64,000 nucleotides of DNA from Desulfobulbales bacterium. GTDB lineage: Bacteria > Desulfobacterota > Desulfobulbia > Desulfobulbales > Desulfocapsaceae. The translations under genes and the position numbers were made by a program. The notes beneath the pieces are model-generated. The model saw only the letters and a list, made by a program, of their open reading frames with translations, ran no database searches and was not told the DNA's origin. Of the stretch, positions 1 to 9,478 are shown piece after piece. Positions within the stretch are counted from its first letter, which is position 1, and every line of letters starts with the position of its first letter. The stretch spans positions 2,534 to 66,533 of the forward strand of contig JBBQVT010000002.1 in NCBI GenBank assembly GCA_038211245.1. Direction: 5' to 3'.

Positions 1-271
1 CAACTGGTTTCTCCGGCAAAGATGCCCAGAAAATTTTAGCAAGATTTTGATAGTACCTTACATGGATGAAAGTGCAATCATATTATCAACAGTCAAAATG
101 GACCGTTTTAGCGTATCTTTACAATATTTCAATTTTACCATAGGCTCTATCGATTTTGAGAATTATATTTTAATCATTGAGCATATATGCTAAATATCCA
201 AAAGCCCTTGCCAACCACCGTCACTCTAGGCGACAATCTTTCCTGTTACTGTTCAACAATCCTCACAAATA

Positions 272-2068
272 ATGAAAAATATAAGAAATTTCAGCATAAT
301 TGCGCATATCGACCACGGCAAATCCACCCTCGCAGACAGAATGATTCAATTCTGCGACCTCGTCTCCGATCGGGAATTCAAGGATCAACTTCTCGACAAC
401 ATGGATATTGAACGAGAACGAGGCATTACTATCAAGAGCCAAACCATCTGTCTGCCCTACACCGCTCAAGACGGTCAGAAATACTTTCTTAATCTCGTCG
501 ACACGCCTGGACATGTAGATTTCAGCTACGAGGTCTCGCGAGCTCTCAGTTCCTGTGAGGGGGCTCTACTCCTCATTGATGCAGCTCAAGGTGTTGAAGC
601 GCAGACCCTTGCGAACCTTTACCTGGCTATGGAAAATGATCTGGAAATTATTCCGGTAATTAATAAAATTGATCTGCCTTCGGCAGAGCCTGAAAAAATC
701 GCCCTGCAAATTGAGGAAGACCTTGGCCTTGACAGCGATCTCGTACAATTCTGTTCAGCCAAACTTGGAACCGGGATACCGCAGCTCTTCGAAACCATTG
801 TTAAAAAGCTACCTGCACCCAAAGGCGATCCAGATAGTCCGTTGCAAGCTCTTATTTTTGATGCCAATTATGATTCCTTTCGTGGCACCCTCATTTCCGT
901 CCGTATTATCAACGGTACGGTAAAAGCCGGAGATGTTATTCGTTTCATGGCCAATGGTCGGGAGTACCGTGTCGATGAGGTGGGATTCTTTAAATTACAC
1001 AAGGAACCGGCGAAACAACTCTCCGCAGGACAAATTGGATATATTCTGGCTGGCATAAAAACTGTTCAGGATACTCGGCCAGGTGATACTATTACTTTAC
1101 GTGACAACCCAGCCACCACCCCTTTGCCGGGCTTCAAAGAAGTGCAGCAAGTGGTCTTCTCTTCAATTTATCCCATCAGCACCGACGAATATGAGGATCT
1201 CGCGACAGCTCTCGAAAAGCTCAAACTGAATGATGCCGCCCTCACTTTTGAAAAGGACTCCTCGGTTGCCCTTGGCTTTGGCTTTCGTTGCGGCTTTCTC
1301 GGTCTTTTACATCTAGAGGTTATTCAGGAACGTCTTGAACGCGAATTTGACATTTCGTTAATCCTCACTGTGCCCTCGGTGCAATATATTTTCCATCTTT
1401 CCGATGGAAGCAGCAAGCATGTTGATAACCCCGCCCACTTCCCCGATCCGACCCATATTGCCAAGGTTGAAGAACCGTTTATCAAGGCAACCATTCTCAT
1501 ACCGGAAAAATACATGGGGGTTGTGATGACCCTTTGCATGGAGCGGCGTGGGGAAAACACCAGTTTCCACTACCCGACGCCAGGAAGGATCGAATTACAG
1601 TGTGAACTTCCTTTGGCGGAAGTCATTTATGATTTTTATGACCGGTTGAAATCGCTGTCCCAAGGTTATGGTTCTTTCAATTACGAAATGCTCGATTATC
1701 GTAAAAGCGATCTGGTCAAAGTCGACATCCTTGTCAATGGCGAGATTGTTGATGCCTTGTCGCAATTGGTTCATCGTGACAATGCCAGGGCGAGGGGCCT
1801 GCACGCCTGTGAAATGCTCAAAGAGGAGATTCCCCGCCAGATGTTTAAAATCGCCGTCCAGGCGACTATCGGCGGAAATATTATTGCCAGAACGACCATT
1901 TCTGCACTGCGCAAGGATGTCACCGCCAAATGCTACGGCGGCGATATATCGAGAAAGCGCAAACTCCTCGAGAAGCAAAAGGCAGGGAAAAAACGCATGA
2001 AAACAGTCGGCAATGTAGATATTCCGCAGACCGCCTTCCTGGCCGTCCTGAAATCGGAACAAAAATAG
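272..2068 (+). CDS. lepA: Elongation factor 4 (LepA)
   Basis: IRNFSIIAHIDHGKSTLADR, ERERGITIK, DTPGHVDF, NKID and C-terminal KCYGGDISRKRKLLEKQK; 598 aa. Confidence 0.99.
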   Translation: MKNIRNFSIIAHIDHGKSTLADRMIQFCDLVSDREFKDQLLDNMDIERERGITIKSQTICLPYTAQDGQKYFLNLVDTPGHVDFSYEVSRALSSCEGALLLIDAAQGVEAQTLANLYLAMENDLEIIPVINKIDLPSAEPEKIALQIEEDLGLDSDLVQFCSAKLGTGIPQLFETIVKKLPAPKGDPDSPLQALIFDANYDSFRGTLISVRIINGTVKAGDVIRFMANGREYRVDEVGFFKLHKEPAKQLSAGQIGYILAGIKTVQDTRPGDTITLRDNPATTPLPGFKEVQQVVFSSIYPISTDEYEDLATALEKLKLNDAALTFEKDSSVALGFGFRCGFLGLLHLEVIQERLEREFDISLILTVPSVQYIFHLSDGSSKHVDNPAHFPDPTHIAKVEEPFIKATILIPEKYMGVVMTLCMERRGENTSFHYPTPGRIELQCELPLAEVIYDFYDRLKSLSQGYGSFNYEMLDYRKSDLVKVDILVNGEIVDALSQLVHRDNARARGLHACEMLKEEIPRQMFKIAVQATIGGNIIARTTISALRKDVTAKCYGGDISRKRKLLEKQKAGKKRMKTVGNVDIPQTAFLAVLKSEQK

Positions 2069-2210
2069 CTGGCCCCATCAATCCACCTGGGAGCAAAACC
2101 ACATTTTACCCACTATTGTTTCTTTCGAGAAAACTCTTCAACGCTAAGAATGCAATATGCTATGATCAAGAAGAAGTATCCATTTTCGTTCCGTTAATCT
2201 CTCTTCTGAT

Positions 2211-3968
2211 ATGGATGGTGACATGAATGAGCAATCTGCATCTGGTGGTAATGAAAAAAGGAAGCTCCTTGAACCGACATTCCACTTTATAACCAACCTC
2301 TTGAAAATTGGCGAAGATTACACCTCCGACAAAATTCCGGTTACAGAACTGGTAAAAACGGGGCAACTTCTCGCCGACTTTCCCAATTTCCATAGATTTG
2401 CCGCCAAAGGCTTTGAAAAAAGCCCTCTTGAGCCAGGAGATTTCGCGCAACTCTCTGAAGATAACAATGCTATTGTTGCGACCATTGCCGGTTATCCAAA
2501 AGTAAAAATCATCCGTCACAGCGATGTGCCTGAACCCATTACTGTTGTCTCGGTGGAACCCTTATTGAAATTTTCTCCCGACAATATGGTTGTAACAATG
2601 GCCGTTCATCCACCATTAGAAAAAGGCCATTCGTTGTTGCAAGAAAATTTAGAGGAACTCATTGCCGAGCATAAAATCATTTTCGGCATCAATCAGGAGG
2701 CCATAGGGAAGGCACATGCGTTTCTACAGAGCGGCGAAAAAGAATTTAAAAGCTTGATCATCGCGCGTGGCCAGGCCGTCGGTCAAAGTGTTAATGCATT
2801 TCTGAGATACGATATGGAAATTGGTCCGATTGCCGGGACGATCCTCGAAAACGGATCAATCGATTTCAGGGAAAGACGAATCATGGTTGGAGTCAGCACC
2901 GGCCAGTGTATTGCCACCAAAATCCCTGCCGTCCAGGGAGCCCCAGGAATTAACGTCTATGGCGAAGAAACACCGGCAAAGGAGGGAAAAGACGTTAAAA
3001 TCAACATGCTCAATGATGTAAAATTCTCTAATGAAACCCTCCAGATCACCGCAACCAAAAATGGCGTGCTCTCCATCGTCAATAACAATGTCATCAAGGT
3101 ATGTTCGCACCAGGTATTACTCGGTGATATCGACTTCGAGACCGGCAACGTCGAAAGCATGAACTGCCTAACCATTCGTGGCTCTGTACAGCCGGGTTTT
3201 CGGGTCACAGTTGCCGGCGATGTGGAAATCTCCGGAGCAGTCATGTCCTCCAAAGTTCTCAGCCACGGCAACATAGTTGTCAAAGGTGGTGTTACCGGCA
3301 AAAATAGCCTCCTCGAAGCAAAAGGAGACGCCGATATTAATTTTATTGAACAGGGTATCGTCAAGTGCGGTGGAATTGGTGTCATCCGCAAGCAGTCGTA
3401 TTACAGTGACATTAGTGCCGGTGCTGATATTCGTTGTCACCAGTCAAGTAAAATTATTGGCGGCAGACTTGTTGCCGAAGGAAATATCACTATCGGCGAT
3501 GTCGGATCGGTGAACTGTACGCCGGCATTTATCGGTGCCGGGGTGATTGCCGAACGCCTGCTCCATTTCAATGGCCTCAAGGCCAGTATAGTGGAACAGC
3601 AGGATGCTTTAATTCAATGGCTACAACGGTACCATGGGAGCTCGACCTCAAAAAAAGTCAAAGCCATGGAGAAGGAACTTGCCGACACCAAGCTGCTTCT
3701 ACTGCGATTAAATATGATTCCTGGAACGGGGCTTTATTCCAAGGCGGGTAGTCCAGAGGATGAAAAAGCCGAGTCGAGCGAGGAATACAGTAATGCCGAC
3801 GGCATAGAAATAGAAAGGATCAAGATTGACGTTGTCGGTACCATCTTTGCCGACACCAGAATCCAGATCGGCAACTGTGCAATGATTATTGAAAAAACCG
3901 TGTCATTCCGCCAATTCAAACTTCATCCCAACAAAAAGAGTATTCTGGCAATTGCCATCAAGAAATAG
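2211..3968 (+). CDS. FapA / DUF342 family protein (flagellar assembly protein A-like)
   Basis: GSIDFRER, GINVYGE and DIDFETGNV motifs followed by beta-helix-like V.G.V..G.I repeats and a coiled coil; alternative start at 2223. Confidence 0.85.
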   Translation: MDGDMNEQSASGGNEKRKLLEPTFHFITNLLKIGEDYTSDKIPVTELVKTGQLLADFPNFHRFAAKGFEKSPLEPGDFAQLSEDNNAIVATIAGYPKVKIIRHSDVPEPITVVSVEPLLKFSPDNMVVTMAVHPPLEKGHSLLQENLEELIAEHKIIFGINQEAIGKAHAFLQSGEKEFKSLIIARGQAVGQSVNAFLRYDMEIGPIAGTILENGSIDFRERRIMVGVSTGQCIATKIPAVQGAPGINVYGEETPAKEGKDVKINMLNDVKFSNETLQITATKNGVLSIVNNNVIKVCSHQVLLGDIDFETGNVESMNCLTIRGSVQPGFRVTVAGDVEISGAVMSSKVLSHGNIVVKGGVTGKNSLLEAKGDADINFIEQGIVKCGGIGVIRKQSYYSDISAGADIRCHQSSKIIGGRLVAEGNITIGDVGSVNCTPAFIGAGVIAERLLHFNGLKASIVEQQDALIQWLQRYHGSSTSKKVKAMEKELADTKLLLLRLNMIPGTGLYSKAGSPEDEKAESSEEYSNADGIEIERIKIDVVGTIFADTRIQIGNCAMIIEKTVSFRQFKLHPNKKSILAIAIKK

Positions 3969-4227
3969 CTCAACAGCTTAAAGAATAAAACTTAGGTTCT
4001 GAGTTTTGTAGCTATCCTTCGGAGAAAATGCAGCCGATGGCCATAGCGAGCATGCAACTGATACATCGGATATCCGAAATAATGGAGAAGGATCAGAACG
4101 GTAAGACACCTGCCCCCCGGTCCACCGTGAAAATTACCCATGGGCACAAATTTGCTCCACAATGCCAATCTCGCCAGTCTTGAAATTTCTAAGCCTTGAA
4201 GATCATAGCGTTTGTTCAAAACACTGT

Positions 4228-6282
4228 TCATTCGTTAATTCTCCTCCCTAAATGGCTGAAAAAGCATCGCATCCGCAGAAACGGATTGAATTTTAATTGC
4301 ATTTGAGGTTGCCCCCAAAGGGGCACAAGACCTTTACCAAAGTCTGATTTAGGCTTTTTAGAACCGTGAAAATCGTCGAGATGGTGCCGGTGTCTAAGGT
4401 TGATCACTTCTTTGGCGCGCGGGAAAGCAAGTTTTGTAACGAGAAGATAATTCACCCAGGGTTTCCAATCTTCAAAGCAATGCCCCAAAAGAGCGGCGGC
4501 AGCAGCGAACATCTCTGCGGAATCCAGTATTCCCTGCTGTAAAGGAACAAAATATCCATCCTGCTCCAATTCCGCCTTGCCAACGGCATCATCTGTGTGC
4601 CTGAATTCCAGCTCGAAACCCTCTTCGGTTAGCCTGTACCCATTGAGCGTCGGATGAGGGGCGCGACACGCTTCCTCGAAAATGTCTTGGGCATAAAAGA
4701 GTGTGCTGGCAGCTAAATCGAAGCGATTGCGATCATACATGATCCCCTTGAGGATATTTTTACTGCTTTCAGGGTAGGGAATCCCCCGAGTGGCACCAAA
4801 GAGCAACCCAAAACAGGTTGGACAATCTGACCGATGAGCTATCGCTTCAAAGAGAAAGCGCTGGATAGTTCCCAACCAGCCGATATCGACCAAAGCAACA
4901 TTTTCATGATCAAACAACCCTGCCCGGGTAAAATACCGTTGCATGGCCAAACTCGGCTCCCGTGTCTGACGTTTCACCTCCTCTTGAAAAGCCTGATCGT
5001 CCAGCAAAGCATCAAATCTTTTTCGATTCTCGGGATCATACCCTTCATGCACTGGACTGAGACAGGTGTCGGGCTTCAGTCCGAACATGGCCAAATGGGA
5101 GGTGAATAACTCGGGTTCAAGGCTGAAAATTCGGCAAACGTCACGGAAATCGCGATTTCCGGAAGGCAGGAAGGTTATGTCGGCGTTGGTTTTGGTGAGT
5201 CCCTGATGGGCGCATGAAGCCCCGGCCAAGGCCATCCTGCTGACGTAAAGGTACTCGATTTCCGGCAGGCCTCCGGCAGGGTAGAGGCGAGGTATCGCCT
5301 TTTCCCAATAGCGTTTGAACGTCCACCCTTCCCGGGACAGAAAGAACACCTTGGTGATTGCTTTTTCCTTACAGAATCTTGCGACCTGTTGAAGGAATAC
5401 CCCAATCAGCGGTCCGAGAAAATTATAACCTTCCGAGTACAATACTGAATGTTGCTCGTTCTCGGCTTCCAGGGGTGCCATAAGTTGCTGCAATATTCTG
5501 CCCCGCCAAAAGGGTTTTCCGTCACTGTAGTTATAATAGCGTTTGACTATCGACTTGCGTTGATCCTCACCCGGGTCGTGAATAATCAAGGCATCGATTC
5601 CGGTTTCTCCGGCCCGCAGACCATCAGAAACAGGATTGTCGCCGATATGCAACCAGGCGCTGGGCGCAAGAGCATATTTTTCGGCTATCATCGTGTAGGC
5701 TTTGCCGGAGGCCTTAGCCAAAAATGTATCGGCGGACGAGATTACTTCTTCAATATATTGATCGAGTCCCGCATATTTAATCAACTGTCGCAGATGGGTA
5801 GCGGGAAGGTACATGTCGGAAATAATGAATATTCTCTTTCCTGCGCCGGCAAGCTCCTTTATCCAGTCAACGAGGATTCGACGTGGAACCAACATGGAGT
5901 TTTCCATGACAATCTCATAGTCGGTCACTTTTTCCAGCAATGCGTCATCGTATGAATTTTCAAATATTTTCATCAAAAGTTCACGCATAAAAAGCGGATA
6001 ACAGGCTTCGTGGTCAACAAAATTGGTTCCGGTCTCCGCCCTGTGTCTGCCCTCGATGGTATCTCTCTGTTGCTGAACCTTATGCTGGTGCCAATGCCGG
6101 CCCTGCTGTTCGGCAAGTTCGGCGATATACCTGGCTACCGGCAATTTCACCAGGTCGGGATTGTGAATTCGGCGAATGAGAAGTGTATCAAAGAGATCAA
6201 AGGAGACCACTACCTTGTCTCTTGCTTTTCGTCGGCCGGCATCAACCATTGCGGTTAATGAGTAGTATGTTGTGAAATCCAT
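4228..6282 (-). CDS. HAD phosphatase + PRTase-like dual-domain protein; probable glycan ribofuranosyltransferase
   Basis: N-terminal SFDLFDTLL, ISDMY, K and HIGDN..SD HAD motifs; C-terminal FLSREG, YVSR and LVDIGWLGTIQ (PRPP-loop-like); adjacent to a GT2. Confidence 0.7.
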   Translation of the reverse strand: MDFTTYYSLTAMVDAGRRKARDKVVVSFDLFDTLLIRRIHNPDLVKLPVARYIAELAEQQGRHWHQHKVQQQRDTIEGRHRAETGTNFVDHEACYPLFMRELLMKIFENSYDDALLEKVTDYEIVMENSMLVPRRILVDWIKELAGAGKRIFIISDMYLPATHLRQLIKYAGLDQYIEEVISSADTFLAKASGKAYTMIAEKYALAPSAWLHIGDNPVSDGLRAGETGIDALIIHDPGEDQRKSIVKRYYNYSDGKPFWRGRILQQLMAPLEAENEQHSVLYSEGYNFLGPLIGVFLQQVARFCKEKAITKVFFLSREGWTFKRYWEKAIPRLYPAGGLPEIEYLYVSRMALAGASCAHQGLTKTNADITFLPSGNRDFRDVCRIFSLEPELFTSHLAMFGLKPDTCLSPVHEGYDPENRKRFDALLDDQAFQEEVKRQTREPSLAMQRYFTRAGLFDHENVALVDIGWLGTIQRFLFEAIAHRSDCPTCFGLLFGATRGIPYPESSKNILKGIMYDRNRFDLAASTLFYAQDIFEEACRAPHPTLNGYRLTEEGFELEFRHTDDAVGKAELEQDGYFVPLQQGILDSAEMFAAAAALLGHCFEDWKPWVNYLLVTKLAFPRAKEVINLRHRHHLDDFHGSKKPKSDFGKGLVPLWGQPQMQLKFNPFLRMRCFFSHLGRRINE

Positions 6283-6284
6283 AG

Positions 6285-7214
6285 TTATTTGTTCATTTTT
6301 TTGGCAACCCAGGTCTTCAGGCTTAACAAAAACTCCTTGAAAGCCGGACGTACCCCCTGCGGTTTTTGCGGTTCCAGAATCCTTTTGACCTCATGTAGTT
6401 CCTGACCGAGTTCAATTAAGCGCTCTGCCCCGGCAATGACATATTTTCCATAAATTTTCGGAAGTTTCGCTGCCAAATATTTTTTGATCAAATCCTCATC
6501 CTGCACCCTACCGGTTATGGCCGCTTCGCCGAGGGTATTACCGGAATGAATACGGTAATACAGCAACTTTTCCTGATCCAGATAATGCACCCCATCCGGA
6601 AAGGCGAGCATCATCCTGAAGATATAATCGTAGTCATGCAGATATCGCAAAGAACAAAAATTGCCAATCGTCCACACTGCCTGTGCCGTCATGAAAAGAT
6701 TCGAGGTAGTGACCATAAAATTGCCTTTTAAAAAGGCAGCGTAGATATCCCGACAGGTGAAATACCAGGTTCTGTTTTTCAAATGCCAGATGTTCCAGCC
6801 AAAATTCGCATCGCTATATTCCTCGCCGCTATCGGAGATCGGTATGACGTCGGAAAAGATACACTCCACTTTTCGCTCCTCGCACTCCTTGATGAGACGC
6901 TCGAAACGATTCAGGGTATACACGTCATCGGAGTTCAGTATGGCAATATATTGTCCTTTTGCCAGAGAAAGGCCCCGGTTGATGGTGTTATAGGCGTCTT
7001 GGTTCTCCTGGTGCACATAGGTCAACCGCGGATCGCTATACCCTTTGACGATTTCGCCGGTATTGTCAGTTGAACCATCATCTATGACAATCAATTCAAG
7101 ATCGGATACGGTTTGCTGTAAAACACTGTCAACTGCCGCGCCAATAAACCGTTGATGATTATAGGCGGGGATAATGACAGAGATCAACGGCTGTTGAGCC
7201 TTCCCCTTTGGCAT
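6285..7214 (-). CDS. Glycosyltransferase family 2
   Basis: ISVIIPAYN, IVIDDGSTD, LNSDD, HDYD, YRIH; ATG at 7214 follows a GGAG RBS. Confidence 0.95.
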   Translation of the reverse strand: MPKGKAQQPLISVIIPAYNHQRFIGAAVDSVLQQTVSDLELIVIDDGSTDNTGEIVKGYSDPRLTYVHQENQDAYNTINRGLSLAKGQYIAILNSDDVYTLNRFERLIKECEERKVECIFSDVIPISDSGEEYSDANFGWNIWHLKNRTWYFTCRDIYAAFLKGNFMVTTSNLFMTAQAVWTIGNFCSLRYLHDYDYIFRMMLAFPDGVHYLDQEKLLYYRIHSGNTLGEAAITGRVQDEDLIKKYLAAKLPKIYGKYVIAGAERLIELGQELHEVKRILEPQKPQGVRPAFKEFLLSLKTWVAKKMNK

Positions 7215-7371
7215 TGCACTCTCCAAGCTCTTTGTGTGTGTTTTATAATCAGAGTGTCCTTACGTAATGAAATACACCTTTCAAGTCAAGCGTTTCTTCC
7301 ATTCCCACAAACGAAAAGTGCTGATTCTTTCCCCTTGCCCTTTGAATGCGCATTACATTTCGTTCCAGCGG

Positions 7372-8037
7372 TTATTCTTTCTCACTGAGAGTCTCTTTAT
7401 CAAGAAGACTTATTGTGCGCCCGTTTACCAGGATCAACCCCTCTTCACTCATTTTGGCAAATATTCTTGACAGAGTTTCCGGAATAGTGCCCAAAAGGCT
7501 GGCGAGCTGGCCTTTGGAAATATCAAGTTCGACCACATCGCTGTTTCCCTGTTCCTTGCTTAAATACATAAGGTAATTGGCCAATCGAACGGGCACTTCT
7601 TTTAAGGAAAGGCTTTCTATCTGGCTGGCAAACCTGCGCAATCGCATAGAAAGAACCGCCAACATATTCAAGGCAATTGAGGTATTGGCTTCGACTAGAA
7701 GAATAAAGCGGTCGCGCGGGAAAAAAATGGTGCGGGTTTTCACCAGAGCTTCAGCACTTGCCGGAAAAGGTTGACCATAAAAGACCGGGACCTCGCCGAA
7801 AGGCTCCCCTTCTCCAAAAATGTGCAAGATATGTTCCTTTCCAGCTGGCGACACCTTGAAAATCTTAACTCGCCCCTCACCGACCATATAAAAACCGATG
7901 CCTTTGTCGCCCTCAAAGAAGATACTCTCCCCTCGCTGGAAAGTTTTCTCGATGGCAATTCCAGCGACGTCTTCGAGTTGTCTGGCTGGAAGTCCTCCGA
8001 AAAGCAGACTGGCTTCAATGATCTGTTTTTTATTCAT
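7372..8037 (-). CDS. Crp/Fnr family transcriptional regulator (HcpR-like, no FNR cysteine cluster)
   Basis: cNMP-binding domain (G.VK, GEPFGE) and HTH LASLLGTIPETLSR. Confidence 0.9.
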   Translation of the reverse strand: MNKKQIIEASLLFGGLPARQLEDVAGIAIEKTFQRGESIFFEGDKGIGFYMVGEGRVKIFKVSPAGKEHILHIFGEGEPFGEVPVFYGQPFPASAEALVKTRTIFFPRDRFILLVEANTSIALNMLAVLSMRLRRFASQIESLSLKEVPVRLANYLMYLSKEQGNSDVVELDISKGQLASLLGTIPETLSRIFAKMSEEGLILVNGRTISLLDKETLSEKE

Positions 8038-8189
8038 GATAATCCGTTATATCAAAAAGAATGTTTTGAAATTCACTGAAGTATGCCATACTAGTGCGTA
8101 TCTTGTTCGGCTATTTTTCTGCCATTAGTCTACCAATAATTGCAACTTATTGCACTCTTTGATGTTTTGAGGAAGACAGATTTCCGAGG

Positions 8190-9272
8190 ATGTGCCGCAC
8201 GCGAAAAATCATTCATATCGACATGGACGCGTTTTTTGCTTCAATCGAACAAAAAGATCATACTTTCTTCCGGGGAAAGCCCTTGATTGTTGGAGGTAGT
8301 CCGCAAAGCAGAGGTGTTGTGGCTGCCTGTTCTTACGAAGCGCGTAAATTTGGTATTCACTCGGCCATGCCATGTTCGAAAGCGGCGAGACTCTGCCCTG
8401 CAGCAATCTTCACTCCTCCGCGTATGGACAGATACGTTGAAATCTCCACCCAGATCATGACAATTTTCCGGCAACATACTGCCTTCGTCGAGCCACTGTC
8501 GCTCGACGAAGCCTTTCTCGATGTTACCAATATCGGAGAAAAGCACCCATCCGCCACGCTCCTGGCTCGGCAGATTTGTCAGCAGATATACGAAGAGCTG
8601 CACCTTACCGCATCGGCCGGAGTTTCTTACAATAAATTTTTAGCAAAAGTTGCCTCCGATATTAATAAACCGCGAGGCATCACCACTATTCCTCCGGAAA
8701 CCGCCCAGCAGTTTCTCGACGCCCTACCGATCCGTAAATTCTTTGGGGTTGGCCAGGTTACCGAAAACAAGATGCGACAATTGGGTATCAACAGTGGTTC
8801 GGATCTGAGAAAATGGGAAGTAGAACTGCTGGCATTCCATTTCGGCAAAACCGGTTCCTTTCTCTACAATATAGTCCGGGGAATTGATGATCGTCCCGTC
8901 GAACCCGCCAGAATTCGCAAATCCATCGGCAGCGAAACCACCCTCCCCTACGACACCGGCGATCTCGACGAAATACACAAGATCGTCGCTGAACTTGCAA
9001 AAGACATCGAAGCATCGTTACTCAAAAAAAAGAGGAGCGGCTATACCCTGACCCTGAAAGTTCGGTACAAGAATTTTACTACTATCACCCGATCAATAAC
9101 CACAAGAACCGCCATGTCCTCAGCTGATGACATTCTCTCCCTCACCCCTGGCCTCCTCGCCGCAACTCATGCTGGATCCGAGAAAATCCGGCTTCTCGGT
9201 CTCTCAGTATCGAAGCTTATCGGAGAGAGGCATGTTCCCCGTCAGCTAAAACTCCCGTTTATGAATAGATAG
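8190..9272 (+). CDS. dinB: DNA polymerase IV (Y family)
   Basis: IIHIDMDAFFASIE, CSYEARKFGIHSAMP, SLDEAFLD, KFLAKVASD..KP.G. Confidence 0.97.
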   Translation: MCRTRKIIHIDMDAFFASIEQKDHTFFRGKPLIVGGSPQSRGVVAACSYEARKFGIHSAMPCSKAARLCPAAIFTPPRMDRYVEISTQIMTIFRQHTAFVEPLSLDEAFLDVTNIGEKHPSATLLARQICQQIYEELHLTASAGVSYNKFLAKVASDINKPRGITTIPPETAQQFLDALPIRKFFGVGQVTENKMRQLGINSGSDLRKWEVELLAFHFGKTGSFLYNIVRGIDDRPVEPARIRKSIGSETTLPYDTGDLDEIHKIVAELAKDIEASLLKKKRSGYTLTLKVRYKNFTTITRSITTRTAMSSADDILSLTPGLLAATHAGSEKIRLLGLSVSKLIGERHVPRQLKLPFMNR

Positions 9273-9478
9273 ATGATATTGACCTGTTGTACTTGCAAAC
9301 ATTATGGTTATCGTTGTTGTGGACTTTGATTCTTTGACTTTTTCTCTCCAGGATTGTCTGCAGCGCCCGGGTTTTTTATAAGCCACAAAATCCAACCAGC
9401 AAACACGAACCATTCACCCATATCAAGAGGGGCAGCTTTGTGGCCCTTCAATTACCGAAATCGCCCACAACTCATCCT

